The notes below the pieces were generated by a model. It made no database searches and was not told the DNA's origin. It saw nothing but the letters and a program-made list of their open reading frames with translations. A program made the position numbers and the translations under genes. This document shows positions 46,063-58,000 of a DNA stretch of 64,000 bases, one piece after another; the first letter of the stretch is position 1; each line of letters opens with the position of its first letter. This stretch comes from Yuukianura sp. NJ FZ-2021 (taxonomy: Eukaryota). The stretch covers positions 5,766,001-5,830,000 of the forward strand of contig CM102288.1 in NCBI GenBank assembly GCA_046563655.1. The letters run 5' to 3'.

Positions 46063-49000
46063 TCAGTCGACGACGTCCAAGTGACGATATACACGACGGA
46101 GTTTCTCCTTTTTATTTCGATTGTTATGTTTTCTCCAAGGCTTCTCACCCGAAGTCGAACTGTAAAGATTTTACATAATATAAACATTAAAATAATAATA
46201 ACACTTTATGCAACAACCTACCCGGTGGTAGAAGATGAAGCACTGGAAATAAGGTACTGCCGCCCTTTGACATGTGATGACGAAGTTTGCACGGAAAAGA
46301 AGGCCGAATCCAAGTTGTCCTCCACATTCACTTTGCGCAGAGTCGGTGCCTATGAGAAATGAGATTTTTACGATACTTGTGAGATTTACTGAAAGAGATT
46401 TTGTAGATGCTGGCAGCGATGCAGCATCATGCTGCTTCACATGATAGAACTAAGCTATTTTTTTCTAAATAGGTTGGTAAGTAATAATACCTTGAGATTA
46501 TTAGCCGCGACTGAGGTGTTCACCGCCTGATTTTGTTCTAACTTGGTATCCCGCTGTTCCAGACAGTCGAATTGAGACGGAGGAGCAAACACATTTTGCT
46601 CAACCGTCGGTGGTGCGTGACAGTAAAGAAGTTTCCCATTGACGTAGTCTTTTAGCATAATGCGACACGCCCTAGATTCATCCGGTATTCCTCTAACCGT
46701 CATGAATCCACGAATAGCTGCAATCACAAGTTATAGACCATTAATGGATTAATCGATGACATTTTTATGTTCTGCATACCTGCATAAGAGCTGAGAAGAT
46801 CGTGGTGAGTGAACAGTTCTGGCAGGATGATTCCATACTTGCGTTCTAACACTCTTTTGCTAATACGCTTAGCAAGGAGAGCCATTCCTGGATTGTAATT
46901 GGTCAAAGTGTCAATTGGCAGTATTCCACCAAGCACCATTTCGCCTTGACTTCCTCCGAATGATGGCATCACCAATCCTGGACAGTCGCACAACATCATG
47001 TCATCTTCCACAAACAATGTCTAGAAAAAAAGTTCAGTTGAGTTAGATTTTAACGTTTTCATTTGTTCAATGTGTGTTCTGAATCTTGAATACTGATCAG
47101 TTATCAGAATTTGATCAGTCATTAGATTCTGATCACACATCAGGTCTCATCGAATGAGAGTATTAGTGAGTACCTGGAAATGCTTAGTTTTTCCTGGAGT
47201 GGCTGAAACGGACGTTTTCTTGGATGCCATGAGTGAGTTGATTGTTGAACTCTTTCCGACATTCGGGTGACCACAAAATCCAACGATAAATAATTCATCT
47301 GCCTCTGAACTGTCACCTCTCTCCTTCTGACTTGATTTTTTCTGGTTTTGGCTTGGCTTGAAAGTTTTGAGGAATTCGATCAAACCAAGTCTGTTTAGAA
47401 TTGGTTTTGGCTTAACTCCTGCTTCCCTTGTATCAATTGGCTCATCATCGATTGATTTATGTTCATGCTCTGGTTCTTCATCTTCATCTTCACCGGATTC
47501 GCTGCTCCCGTCATCGCTTCCGCTCAATTCATTCTCTTCCTCAACAGTCTCTTTCTTACTGAAGTTCTCGTTTTCAGTTGCAGCAGAATAGAAAGCATGA
47601 GGTAAGCCGATAGAATCGAAGTAACAACTCCAGTGAAGTCGCTGAGCTTCTGTAAGGAAATCGGCTTTGTTGATGAGCAGTACATTCCGTTTTCCCATTT
47701 CTCTAACGTAGGCCTCCAGATCTTCACATCTGTAGAAAAACAGAGAATTATCAAAAAGTTAATATAACTTCAATAGTCAATGTCGGCTTACCGATAGAGT
47801 AAAGGATTCCGGGCATCCACGATTTGGACGATGATTTCAGACTTCTCAATTACTCTCCACAGTTGACGCCACACTTCAATGTTTCTTTCGAAAGGAGTGA
47901 TACCGTCTCGTTCCTGGAGCTGGGCCATATGTCTCCTCCAGTTCAAAAAAGCTTCTTTCTCCGCCTCATCCAGTTCTTCCGCTGTCATTTCCTTTGACCA
48001 CTGTGGCCTCCTGGGAACAACAACCAACTTCCGTTCAGCTTCTGAAAGCAGGTTTTCAACATCTCCCAGTGGATCGGCAACAGTCAAAGCTACGAATTTA
48101 ACATTGAGCTTCTCAGCTGTGAATTCCTTGTCAGCCAAAGCCGCTGTAGCGATGAACTCCTCGTAAGAACTTTCTTGTGTCACGGATTGGAGCCCAACAG
48201 AAGACTCTGCTTGAGAATGTCGATCCTGCAAGGAAGTAATCGGAAACCAATCAATTACATCAGATTTACCACTAAGAATCACACTTTGGAGTAGGGCATC
48301 CAAGTCCGGACTTTAAGTCCGGACTAGTCCGGACTTTTTTTTAAAACTTTGGGTCCGAGTCCGCGGACTTAATGGCGAAAGTCCGGACTCAGATTGAAAA
48401 TATGGAACAAATTCGGAATCGGAGAAAATGACTCAAAAAATAATTTTTATTGCGCGTAAATTTTAAATCGTATCATTTTTGAAAAGGCTTATTGTGCCAC
48501 TCGTTGCAAAGTTTCGAAAAAGCGGCAGAATGTACAAAAGATCTCTAGAGAGGACACACGTCCCTCTAAAGAACAAGGACTTCGGCCCAGCATTCTCATT
48601 GGCAATTTCCCAGGCTACGAATTCAAGGGCGACGAACAATTATTCTGGAATTATCTGCATCCTGGAAAAGTGGACAATGATTTTGGCGACATTTTTGCTA
48701 CTCCAACAAAAAACAAGAATTGCAATTGCAACCGAGGATTCCATCTTAGCTTGTGCCATCGTCACATTCAATGTATCTCCCCACCGATAAGTGTAGAATA
48801 GGGGGTCGCAATCCGGATTTTTGACGGATTGGGATAATCTTAAATGCGGATTTCAAAACTTTAAATTCGGATTTAACGTTGTATTTGAGGGCATTGGTGG
48901 CAGTTTCAAGAAGGAAAAGGATTTTCACAAAAAAAAGTTTCTTTTGGTTTTCTTGAAAAATTTTTAGCATCATGAATACCCAAAAATTAAGATTTTTGGA

Positions 49001-49542
49001 TACTCGTGTATGCCACATACTTTTTTTGTGCTTCTAAAGGTATCGAAAATTTTCTTCCATGTTACGGAAAATCGCTAGAAATTCGGAAAAATTCGGAATT
49101 TTTTGAGACACCTCCGGATTTGCGAACCCTAGTGTAGAATCGGAAAGAGTATTTTCTGCCTTGGGATATCTTTGAGACAATGTTAGGGCCAGTTGAAACG
49201 ATGACACATTGGAAATTTTCTCTTTCTTACACACACATTTCCAGATAAATGATTGTTAAAAAAACCGGCGAACAAAATTTACGCAGTTTGGTTCAGATAT
49301 ATGCGGTTTTAGATTTGAAGTTCGAAGTCCGAAAAGTCCGGACTTTTGTCAGGCTGAGTCCGCTAAGTCCGAAGTCCGGACTTTTCTGAAAAGCTCCGAA
49401 CTTGGGTGCCCTACTTTGGAGTAGTTAGATTCTTGTTTAGTCTTACCGTGTACTGTTTTGTGCCCCACTTCGGTTGTCCACTTCCCTTCTTCGCCAAAGA
49501 TTTGCCTAAACTCGTATGCTGTGATTTACGAGTTCGCCCCAT
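46063..49542 (-). CDS. LSG1: Large subunit GTPase 1 (circularly permuted GTPase), multi-exon
   Basis: TPFERNIEVWRQLWRVIEKS...QIVDARNPL; INKADFL (G4); GHPNVGKSSTIN (G1); VSATPGKTKHFQ (G2); LCDCPGLV (G3); LKDYVNGKLLYCHAPP; C-terminal KPWRKHNNRNKKEKLRRVYRHLD. Confidence 0.95.
48292..49413. mobile_element. Non-autonomous hAT element in LSG1 intron 1
   Basis: TIRs TAGGGCA(T/C)CCAAGT; 8-bp TSD CTTTGGAG (48284-48291, 49414-49421); subterminal AGTCCGGACT palindromes. Confidence 0.9.
48799..49131. mobile_element. hAT-type MITE nested in the previous element
   Basis: Ends TAGGGGGTCGCAATCCGGA / TCCGGATTTGCGAACCCTA; 8-bp TSD GTGTAGAA (48791-48798, 49132-49139). Confidence 0.88.
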
Positions 49543-50479
49543 TGGAATGACTCTGATGATGTCAAGGTCGGAGAGGATGAAGAGATTCCAACACTACACA
49601 AACAGTAGAGGCAAAAACAAGTTAGTCTTTATCTGTCAACCGTCAGCGAGTCAGTAACGTAGCTTAAGTGTAGTTACCTGGTTATATGAGAGTTACACCT
49701 GTACGAACTAGGAACGATTTGACTTTAAAAGCTTAACTGATTGGATTAGGATACGTTGGTTGGACGATCAAATGCACACACACAAGCATGAACAAGCAGC
49801 ACGAAAACAACCCAATGAAAAGAAAGAATTTAAACAAATGTTTCCCGCCGTCTACGCTCCACACTAATCCACTGAAACGTCTCAAATATCTCGGAATTAC
49901 GAATTATGTGTAATTCGCAGACGACTGCGTTCGTTGCCAATATTGTACGATATGTCGTGCTACCCCAACCGTTGAACATTGTACTAAAATGTGTGGAACA
50001 ATATGTAGCATAGCTCGGCCGTGCAACAATTAATCCATTTATAATTCTAGACTGATCGCTTGCAGATGTACAGACAGACTGGATGAAGGTAAAACCATGA
50101 AGTAGCTCTTTCATTTTAAAAAAAATAAAAATAGTCAAAAATCTGGTAATTCATTCATCACCGTAAATAGCATTCAAAATAAATTTCGTTAACTTATCAC
50201 GATACGGTAAGAAAGGCCAAATTTCAAATTTTCATAATTCACTTGCATAATAAATGTATATATATTCAATTCAATTCAATTCAATTTATTCTCCCACTCA
50301 GTGCGCAGGTTTTTCAGAATAAAATCTTTACAAAATCATCAAATTATTACGCTGCTAAATTAACTGTTATCAGTGATGGTTATGGCTATATACATAATAA
50401 TTACTTTAATTATAATTTAATTTAAATAATAATATATATAACAACACATGCAAAAAATCGAACAGCGAAAGTGTTCAAG

Positions 50480-51077
50480 TCAGCGATTTGCAATGGGACT
50501 TTGGATCACATATAATCTGTAGTCATCGCCTGTAAAAACCCAAAAAAAAAGTGTAAAATGAAATTTTGGAAAATTTGAAAGTTGGCGTGCAAAAACGGAA
50601 AAAGTGAAGAAATTACCCGTTTTGAGCATGATTTCGAACTGTTTTGACTTAATTCTGACGTAGTGGACGTCATTGGTGGGATCCACGTCTCTTACGACAG
50701 AGGAACAACTTTGTTCCAAAGGACGCATGCCATTGACATACATCTGAGTCGACGCAGTGTCCAGTGTCGTCCGGATCACCGTACCTAAAACAACATTTCA
50801 AAATTCAAAATTCAAAAAAGTTTTAAACAACAAGTTTTTAAACCGAAATTTTAATTTTTTGGGGTTCAACCATCGATGGACGTCACTATGAACCCCAAAA
50901 CTCCCGGGAACCCGGACATGCGTCGTAGCGTTCCTTCGGCGGTCGAAATTTCCTAAATTACACACAAAACTGGTTAGTTTATTAGCACTTTTGGATTAAT
51001 TAACAATAGTTAATACATAATTACTCTTTTTAGACATGTTTTAAGTTAAGTAAAAGAAAGATTAATTCACTTACCAT
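50480..51077 (-). CDS. Dynein light chain roadblock/LC7 family protein (divergent; 4 exons, first is ATG only)
   Basis: M|EISTAEGTLRRMSGFPGVLGFIVTSIDG|TVIRTTLD...VVRDVDPTNDVHYVRIKSKQFEIMLKTG|DDYRLYVIQSP matches the roadblock pattern (GV.G.IV...G..I.TT.D; VRD.DP.ND....RI.SK..EIM). Confidence 0.85.
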
Positions 51078-51799
51078 ATCTAGTTTTCCTGAAAACTCTG
51101 AAAATTTTTGAAACCAACAAAAGGAATTTTTAAGTTGCCCAGTCAATCAGGACGTTCCTTGTCACTAAAAATCGGAAAAGTAAAAACCGGTTAAGTATTA
51201 GAGCGATTTACCTAATTCGCCTAACTTAGCCAAAACTCAACTAAGAATTAAGAGCGTTGAAATAGATTAGTGCTTAGTGTTAGTTCCGTATCCGTGTCAT
51301 AATTTTCCGTCCGTAAGTTACGTGAGTCCAAGGACCTTCGTCATGTCTATCATGTACTGTGTATATCATATTTTGTCAATCGCCGTCACTAAAATTATTG
51401 ACAAAATATGTTTCTCATTTTTTTCATTTCTATGGATCAATACCGGTGTCACGACGAGACTACGATTTCCTTTTGTTTTTATTAACATATTTTCAATAAA
51501 GTATTATAACTTATTAAAAAAAATAAACTCATAAAGAAAAAAATTTATATAACTTATTAAAAAGAAGTAAACTTTTGACAAATGGAATATTTTTTTTACA
51601 CATCTACGAATTTCGATACTTTCGTGTTAGTGTTCAGCGTTTATTAAAGCCATAAAATTCTAAATTTCCAGGACAAAAAGTGACGATGACATGACAATGA
51701 CGCAGGAATAAGTAAAAGTCCATGCACAAAATGAAGTGATGGAAAGCGGTAACCATGGTAACCTCAATTGAGCGTTACTTAAGTAACGCCTAGCAACAT

Positions 51800-52429
51800 T
51801 CAAAGTCTTCTGGAAATGAGTGCAAGGGAGGCCGGTGGGGCTTGCCCATCTACATCGATTAGCCCCACCATCTCCTGAGCCATAACCGATCCTTCGTCTA
51901 GAATCGCTGTACATGGACGACACATGCAGTCCACTGGAGCTTTCGTCACAACCTACAACACACCAAAAAAAAAAAAACTTGAAATTTGAATTCAAATTAT
52001 TTTTCAAAAAAAAAATTTCCACTAAAATCTGAAAGCAAGCGGTGACCTTTTGTTGCCTTTGTTCGTAAGATCCACTTTCACAAGTGAGCATCACAGTGGC
52101 TTCTCTCTCTCCGCTTTCTTGACAGCACATGCATGACCTCTCTGTCTGCCACATCTTGGATCCACTCACCTAAAGTTAACGTTAATTAGTTAAAAAAGTT
52201 AATTAAAATTTCTAAAATTTGTCCAAAATTAACCAAAGTTAAAGATTTTTAGAAAATTTGTGACCTGGACGTAGGAAGTGCATTTTCCGACGCAGGCAAA
52301 CGACGGAATTTTCTTTGGAACGCAACCTGGCGACTGCAGAACGTGGACGACTGGGGTAAGGCGACAATCCTCAGCAGCAGCCAATCCCGAAACAGCAATC
52401 ACCAGCGGCAGCAGGAGTAGTCGCGCCAT
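51800..52429 (-). CDS. burs: Bursicon alpha subunit (cystine-knot neurohormone; 3 exons)
   Basis: Signal peptide; DCRLTPVVHVLQSPGCVPKKIPSFACVGKCTSYVQ|VSGSKMWQTERSCMCCQESGEREATVMLTC...|VVTKAPVDCMCRPCT; 11 Cys. Confidence 0.96.
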
Positions 52430-53036
52430 CGTCCAAATTGCGTCTGCCGAGCTAAATTCAAAATTTTCACTTCCTCTCTCAAAAACCTAAGATCTACGTC
52501 CAAAAGCAGGCACTTGAACATTCAACTTTCTCCAAAAACTGATTTTCTTTTATTAAAAAAAAACAGAAATGCATGAGGACGCGACCTTTAGAACGAACAC
52601 CGAAGTTGCATTAGCCCCTGCGGTGACTTTAGTCATTGCTTTTTAGTCTCTTCCTGGTAAATGTTATGTAACTCAAGGCTGCCCTGCATCAAACGAGGTT
52701 CTAACATGTTAAATTTACCCATCGAAATTTTTACTTCGGGTTTTGATTTAATTTCAAAAACTGAAATTTTTAATAGGTCACAGCAGTTCTTGAATTTCAA
52801 AATCTAGAGCTCAACCTGGATGACTCTGGCTTCCTTGTGCTAAATTTTGCTGCAATTCCAACTTTGTGAGGTCCTTATAAATACACCAACACTCCTCATC
52901 CTCTGCCTTTTCAAGTCCGCAGTGTAATTCTTCTTAACTTCCTCTTTAAATTGCCTTTGATCTGCTTCTGCTCAATACAAATCTAAGTTAGTTAAAAAGG
53001 AACAGGCGTGAAAATTTTGGAGCAAAAAGCTCAAAG

Positions 53037-53968
53037 ATGCTGCAAGTTCAAATACTTTTAACTAAAACTACTTTAAATGAAAATAAAAGAACCTATTTGT
53101 AGACAATGGTTTTAAAAACTTTTAAATTTAGAACCGAACGATACCTACTATTGGCAATACTTCTTGTTGGGGCGATGTTTCACCTGGGAACAGAAACCGC
53201 TAAACCAAAAACCGTGAGGTCCTCTTATACTAGCAAAAAAAAGTATATAAAAAAAAAGGTTGGCAATTGACACGACCTTTCTTTTCATTTCTACAAGAAC
53301 GTTAGTGTAAAACAAGTTTAAAAAAAATCCAAGATGCTTTGACAATACAACTATTGTCACAGGAAAAAACGAGAGACAAAATTTTATAAATTTTTTAAAC
53401 AAATCTCAAAACATTTAGTTACTGGACAACCTGGTGTAGAAAAAACAAATTGTTTGTTGAACCTTGAAAATTTCAACAGTTTTTTTTCATATTTTTGGAA
53501 AACGGTTTAAATTAGTGCCGGAAGTTTGAGGACTGTGAGGATTGCAGTCCTCCCGGGTACAAACGTCCTTGTTACCGTTCCTGTCGAACTGTCAACGGTA
53601 CGAACCATTGTTTGTGCGATTGCTTGGTGCCGTGTAGAAAGAAGCCAGAGGAGTGCCCGAACTCTACAATCTCCGAGAAACCAACTTTGTGCGTGAAGGG
53701 CAAATGCATTGTCGCAAGTCTATTCGACATAGGCGAGCAAGTGGAGTGTCCCGAGAAGAATGAGTACGTATGCAACAGACTTATTTTTAGAGATCGTTGG
53801 GTCGGCTACCAAATCTTCCGCTACAAGAAGTGCACCAGTGACAAAGATTGTGATGTGATCAAGCGTAACTGCGCCAGGGTCGGTCCAACTAGTACTGCGA
53901 AGTGTTTCGTCCAGGAAAAGGGCAGACGTTTCTGTACTTGCGTTTCCCCTGGAAAAATCAAAAAATAG
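53037..53968 (+). CDS. Secreted cysteine-rich protein of unknown family
   Basis: TATAAATA near 52877; exon ~53132-53213 encodes signal-like TERYLLLAILLVGAMFHLG; exon ~53516-53968 reads CRKFEDCEDCSPPGYKRPCYRSC...CTSDKDCDVIKRNC...CTC. The start exon is uncertain. Confidence 0.7.
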
Positions 53969-54309
53969 TTCCTTGCAATTGTAAAACAAATGTCAAAATT
54001 AATGTCAGAATTCAGAATTTTTTTTTTAAAAATACTACAGTGTACCATAACAGTCGTGTTGCGACTTCTAAGCCCTAATCTTTAATTGGAATCATCAAAT
54101 CACCGCTTGTCAATTTTATCTAAACTCTCCGCCAGTTTTTTTTTAACCAAAATTCAAACTAATTTATCTCCATGTCCAAGGGAACACACAAAATTTAAAT
54201 TTGGTTAAGTTCAAAATTCAGAAAAAATTGGAAAATATATTTTGAATTGGCTTCACCTAATTAGGTAAATGTTTAATGAAAATGATATTCAAATTTTTAA
54301 ACTTCGATG

Positions 54310-54523
54310 CAGAGCGGCCAAATTAAAAATTTTCACCTTTTTTTATCGAGATTGCGCCGCTCGGGCATACAAAATGCCATTTGCTCTCACTTCAAAAACC
54401 AGCTTTGTTTTGTTAAAAACTACAAAAAAAAAAAAACAGAAATGGATCAAGCTACTGTTGTACATCGTAGTTTCATTAGCTCCCGTGATTACTTTAGTCA
54501 TTGCTTGTAGTCTCTTCCTTGTA
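54310..54523 (-). repeat. Decayed third copy of the bursicon upstream/5'UTR region (no coding sequence)
   Basis: Colinear matches to 52445-52660: AAATT.AAAATTTTCAC; A9CAGAAATG.AT; CATTAGC.CC.G.G.T.ACTTTAGTCATTGCTT.TAGTCTCTTCCT.GTAA. Confidence 0.7.
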
Positions 54524-54527
54524 AGAG

Positions 54528-54665
54528 GAGGGCTGTGCACGTTCCGTTTCGTTTCCACATGGAAACGGAAACGAAACAAAACGGAAGAGGAAACGGAATC
54601 GATCGTTTCGTTTCCAAACTACGGGGACACGGAAATGATGCCGTTTTCGTTTCGTTTCTTTTTCT
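54528..54665. repeat. Truncated transposon-end-like sequence with GAAAC/GTTTC repeats
   Basis: Starts AGGGCTGTGCAC, followed by repeated GTTTC(C)G/CGGAAAC units; begins where the bursicon-promoter copy ends; no partner end found. Confidence 0.45.
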
Positions 54666-55089
54666 GAAAATGCAAAGTGAACATCCCTACGTAAGAGTTA
54701 TTCAACTAGTTTCTGCATCAGACGAAGCACTAAATCCACTAATAGACAAAAATAAATCACAAATTGGGGCAGGGTTCCTGTTGCTTCAAATGTTAAACTT
54801 ATAAAATCACAATCTTGCAGCTAAAATGAGGCTATATTGAAAAGGAAAGATCTATAATGCAATCCTCTAACATTTATATTACATAGCAGCTTTGCTTATG
54901 TTTTTTCATTTAACAAAAAATCTTAGCACTTTGCCTAATGGAAACTCCAGTCATGCCTTCCTGAGTCACTCCAACTGGTATTTCATTTCTGCAAATGACA
55001 AGAAAAGAGTGGACCAGAAAATTGGGAGTTCACATAATTTTCAGTTCAAATTCAGCATAAATTTTGATTTCCAAATTGAAGCTACCGGA

Positions 55090-58000
55090 ATGGCTTCTAC
55101 AGGCAAACAATCATTGGTAAGAAGCTAATCCTAAATTATACAACATGCCTTGTGTAATTCCAAAGATAACTTATTTAGTTTGTAGAAAATTGAAAAATTT
55201 AGAATCGCACCAGTTACAGCTTTGATAGGGTTTTGGCCCACGTCCTTTAGGTTGGAACTAATCTTTTAAACTATTTTCAGGAAATGAACTCAACAGAATA
55301 CATGAAAACAGCACTGAATACAATATTTGAAGAGGAGTACTGCTCAAAACGGCTGGAACTTCAACAGCAGCATCATCTTCATATCCGACTGGAAGCGACG
55401 CAGGCGCCGTCTAGTTGTGGTTCGAAGACGTGTGACTTGGAACAGAAAATTCTGGAGAATATTCCAAACGAAAATGGACCATTATCAACAATTGTCCTTG
55501 GAGATTCTGGATCTGGGAAATCTTGGTTAGCCTTCAAATTAACTTCTGAATTGTACAACTCTAAACTACTCCAATTTGAAAACAAGATCCCAGTATACAT
55601 TCCGTTGGGGCGAGTTGAGAAAATGATTAATCAGCTCAAGACTCAAGAGTTGGGTAAATTCAAGTCAGATATTTTGTTTAGTTACATAATGTATCATAGG
55701 AATTACTTTCCAACTAAGATTCATGATGGAGAGTTGATCAATTTATATTTGGATTTGTGCAAATCCGAATTAGTTCTGATTTTGGATGGATACGATGAAC
55801 TGCGCATTAAGTCCAATTTGTGGGAACAAAACCAATGGAACACCAAAGACTTTAATGTTCGAACAATTGTGTTTTGTCGACCAAATGCATTGGTTGATGT
55901 TGAAATTTCGGACATATTTGGACTATCTAAAAAACAGCAATGTAGTTATGAGATAATGCCATTAGACAGAAACATTATAGAGAAATATATTAGCCAAGTA
56001 CCACTGTTTCTACACTCGATTGAGTACGATTCGAAAGTTAATGACTCTTGGATGATGACCAAATGTGTTACGAAAGATTGTCCAAAATGGGAATCGGCGG
56101 AAGAGGATTCAGAGTACAAGTATTGGTTTCTCGATAGACTTCCAGAATTGCAAGGCTTGGCAAAAAATGTATTCATTTTGACTACAATTTGTCAACTACT
56201 GCCAAAATTAGTAGAAATTGAGAGAGAAGCTACTGAGAAAAGCTATATAAGCGACGACTTTGCGCAAAAGTTAGATGAAATTTGTAGAACGGAAGTTCTT
56301 TTGTATGATAAGTTTACGCAAGCGTGGTTCAAATATCAAATAGACAGAATGGAACCAACTGGACATTCGCATGTTCTTTATGAGAAACGACATCTTTTGC
56401 GTCATTACATGGCTGGTTATGCACAAAATTTGGCCTTACGATATGCCTACTTGAACGCAGGAAAAGTTTTGAATGGTGAAATTTCACAAGGTGAAACTCT
56501 ATTTTGGAATTTATGGACTCCGTGGAGTCCAAACTCAAAGAAATTTAGTAGAGAAAAGAATTATGAATTGGAAAAAGTACTTTTTCCACAAAATGAAGAA
56601 GACACGGACGAAGAGCGGCTGGAAAATCTAAAATTTTTGAGAAATTCGAGTTTGTTGATGTACAATTCTAGCGTCGGAGTATTTAGTTTTTTGCATTTGT
56701 CTCTCTTGGAATATTTCGTCTTTGTTAATCTCCGTGGTGCACTAAATTACTATTCGAATTGGAATAGGAAAAGAGAAGGAGTCTACTTTCTAATTAATCA
56801 AAAGGATATTAATGATCCAGGATTTAGCGAAATTTTGTTTATGCTTGTTGGGAGAGCCAAAACGGACGTAAAATTTCAAAACGCTTTACTAAAAACTATT
56901 AAAAAGTCAGCCACACTTCCTGGAATTGAGCAAATGGCGTCCAATGCTTTGACAATTTTAAATTTGAGCGGTTACAGTTTTTCAGGAAGAAACAAAGAGG
57001 ATGACAATTTTCAAAATATTCAAGTCCCTGGTGCAAATTTGAGAAATTCCATTTGCGGCAATAGTGACTTTAGCGGAGCAAATTTTCAAAATGCGAAGTT
57101 GAATCAGGGGTGGTTTCAAAAGTGTAAATTCCAAGGTGTAAATTTTTCAAACTGTTCCTTTGGACAAATACCGCCAATAAGTCTTGGTTCAAATGAATGC
57201 GTTGTGCACTCCATTTTGACTTATTACGTTGAGGATTTCTGTTATATAGTTGTTTGCTGCCAACAACAAAGTGAAACTTTGAGAGTATTTGGTATACTGA
57301 ATGTAAAAATTTACAAGATGAGGCTAAATTTGGAATTAATAGATTCTAAATCAACTGATTTATTAAGACTAACTGGTGAAAGCGACGATTATTCGTTTTT
57401 CTTGATAGAAAACGCAGGCAGCATAATTTTGTTAGTTTTTGTATCGACTTTTAAAAGAGCAGATTCAAAGGAAACAACGTTCCCTGATTATGTTCTGCAA
57501 TATTGGTACGAATTGAATGCCAACTTGTTCATTGTAAGTTCTGACGAATTTGCTGAAAATACGTTGACTTGGGACTTTTTATTAGACTATGCCAACCAAT
57601 TCGATTATGTGCAAAAATATATTGTGTTTTCTCGAAACGATGAGATTATGCCATTTTTTTGCGACAAGGAAATGATCAGCGCTACTTCAAAGTTGATTTG
57701 TTTAAAATTTTTCTGGTTGTCGTTTGGACGATTCAAAATGCTAGTGTCTATCCGGTACCAAGATGTAGACGTAGGAGCTGTTGTTTCGAAAGTCGCTTTT
57801 GCCGTTTCAATGTTGCACGGTGAGAAGAAACCCGTTTTATGGAAGGAGGAAAGTGAATCTTTCGAATTGTTTATTAGTGGTGATCATACTAAGAGGACAA
57901 GTCAATCGGTTCTGGACACCGAATACTTTTTTGGGATACTTTATGATGGAAGGTGGCGTCTAAGTCTGTTAAGCAGAAGTGATATTTACCTATTTGATTT

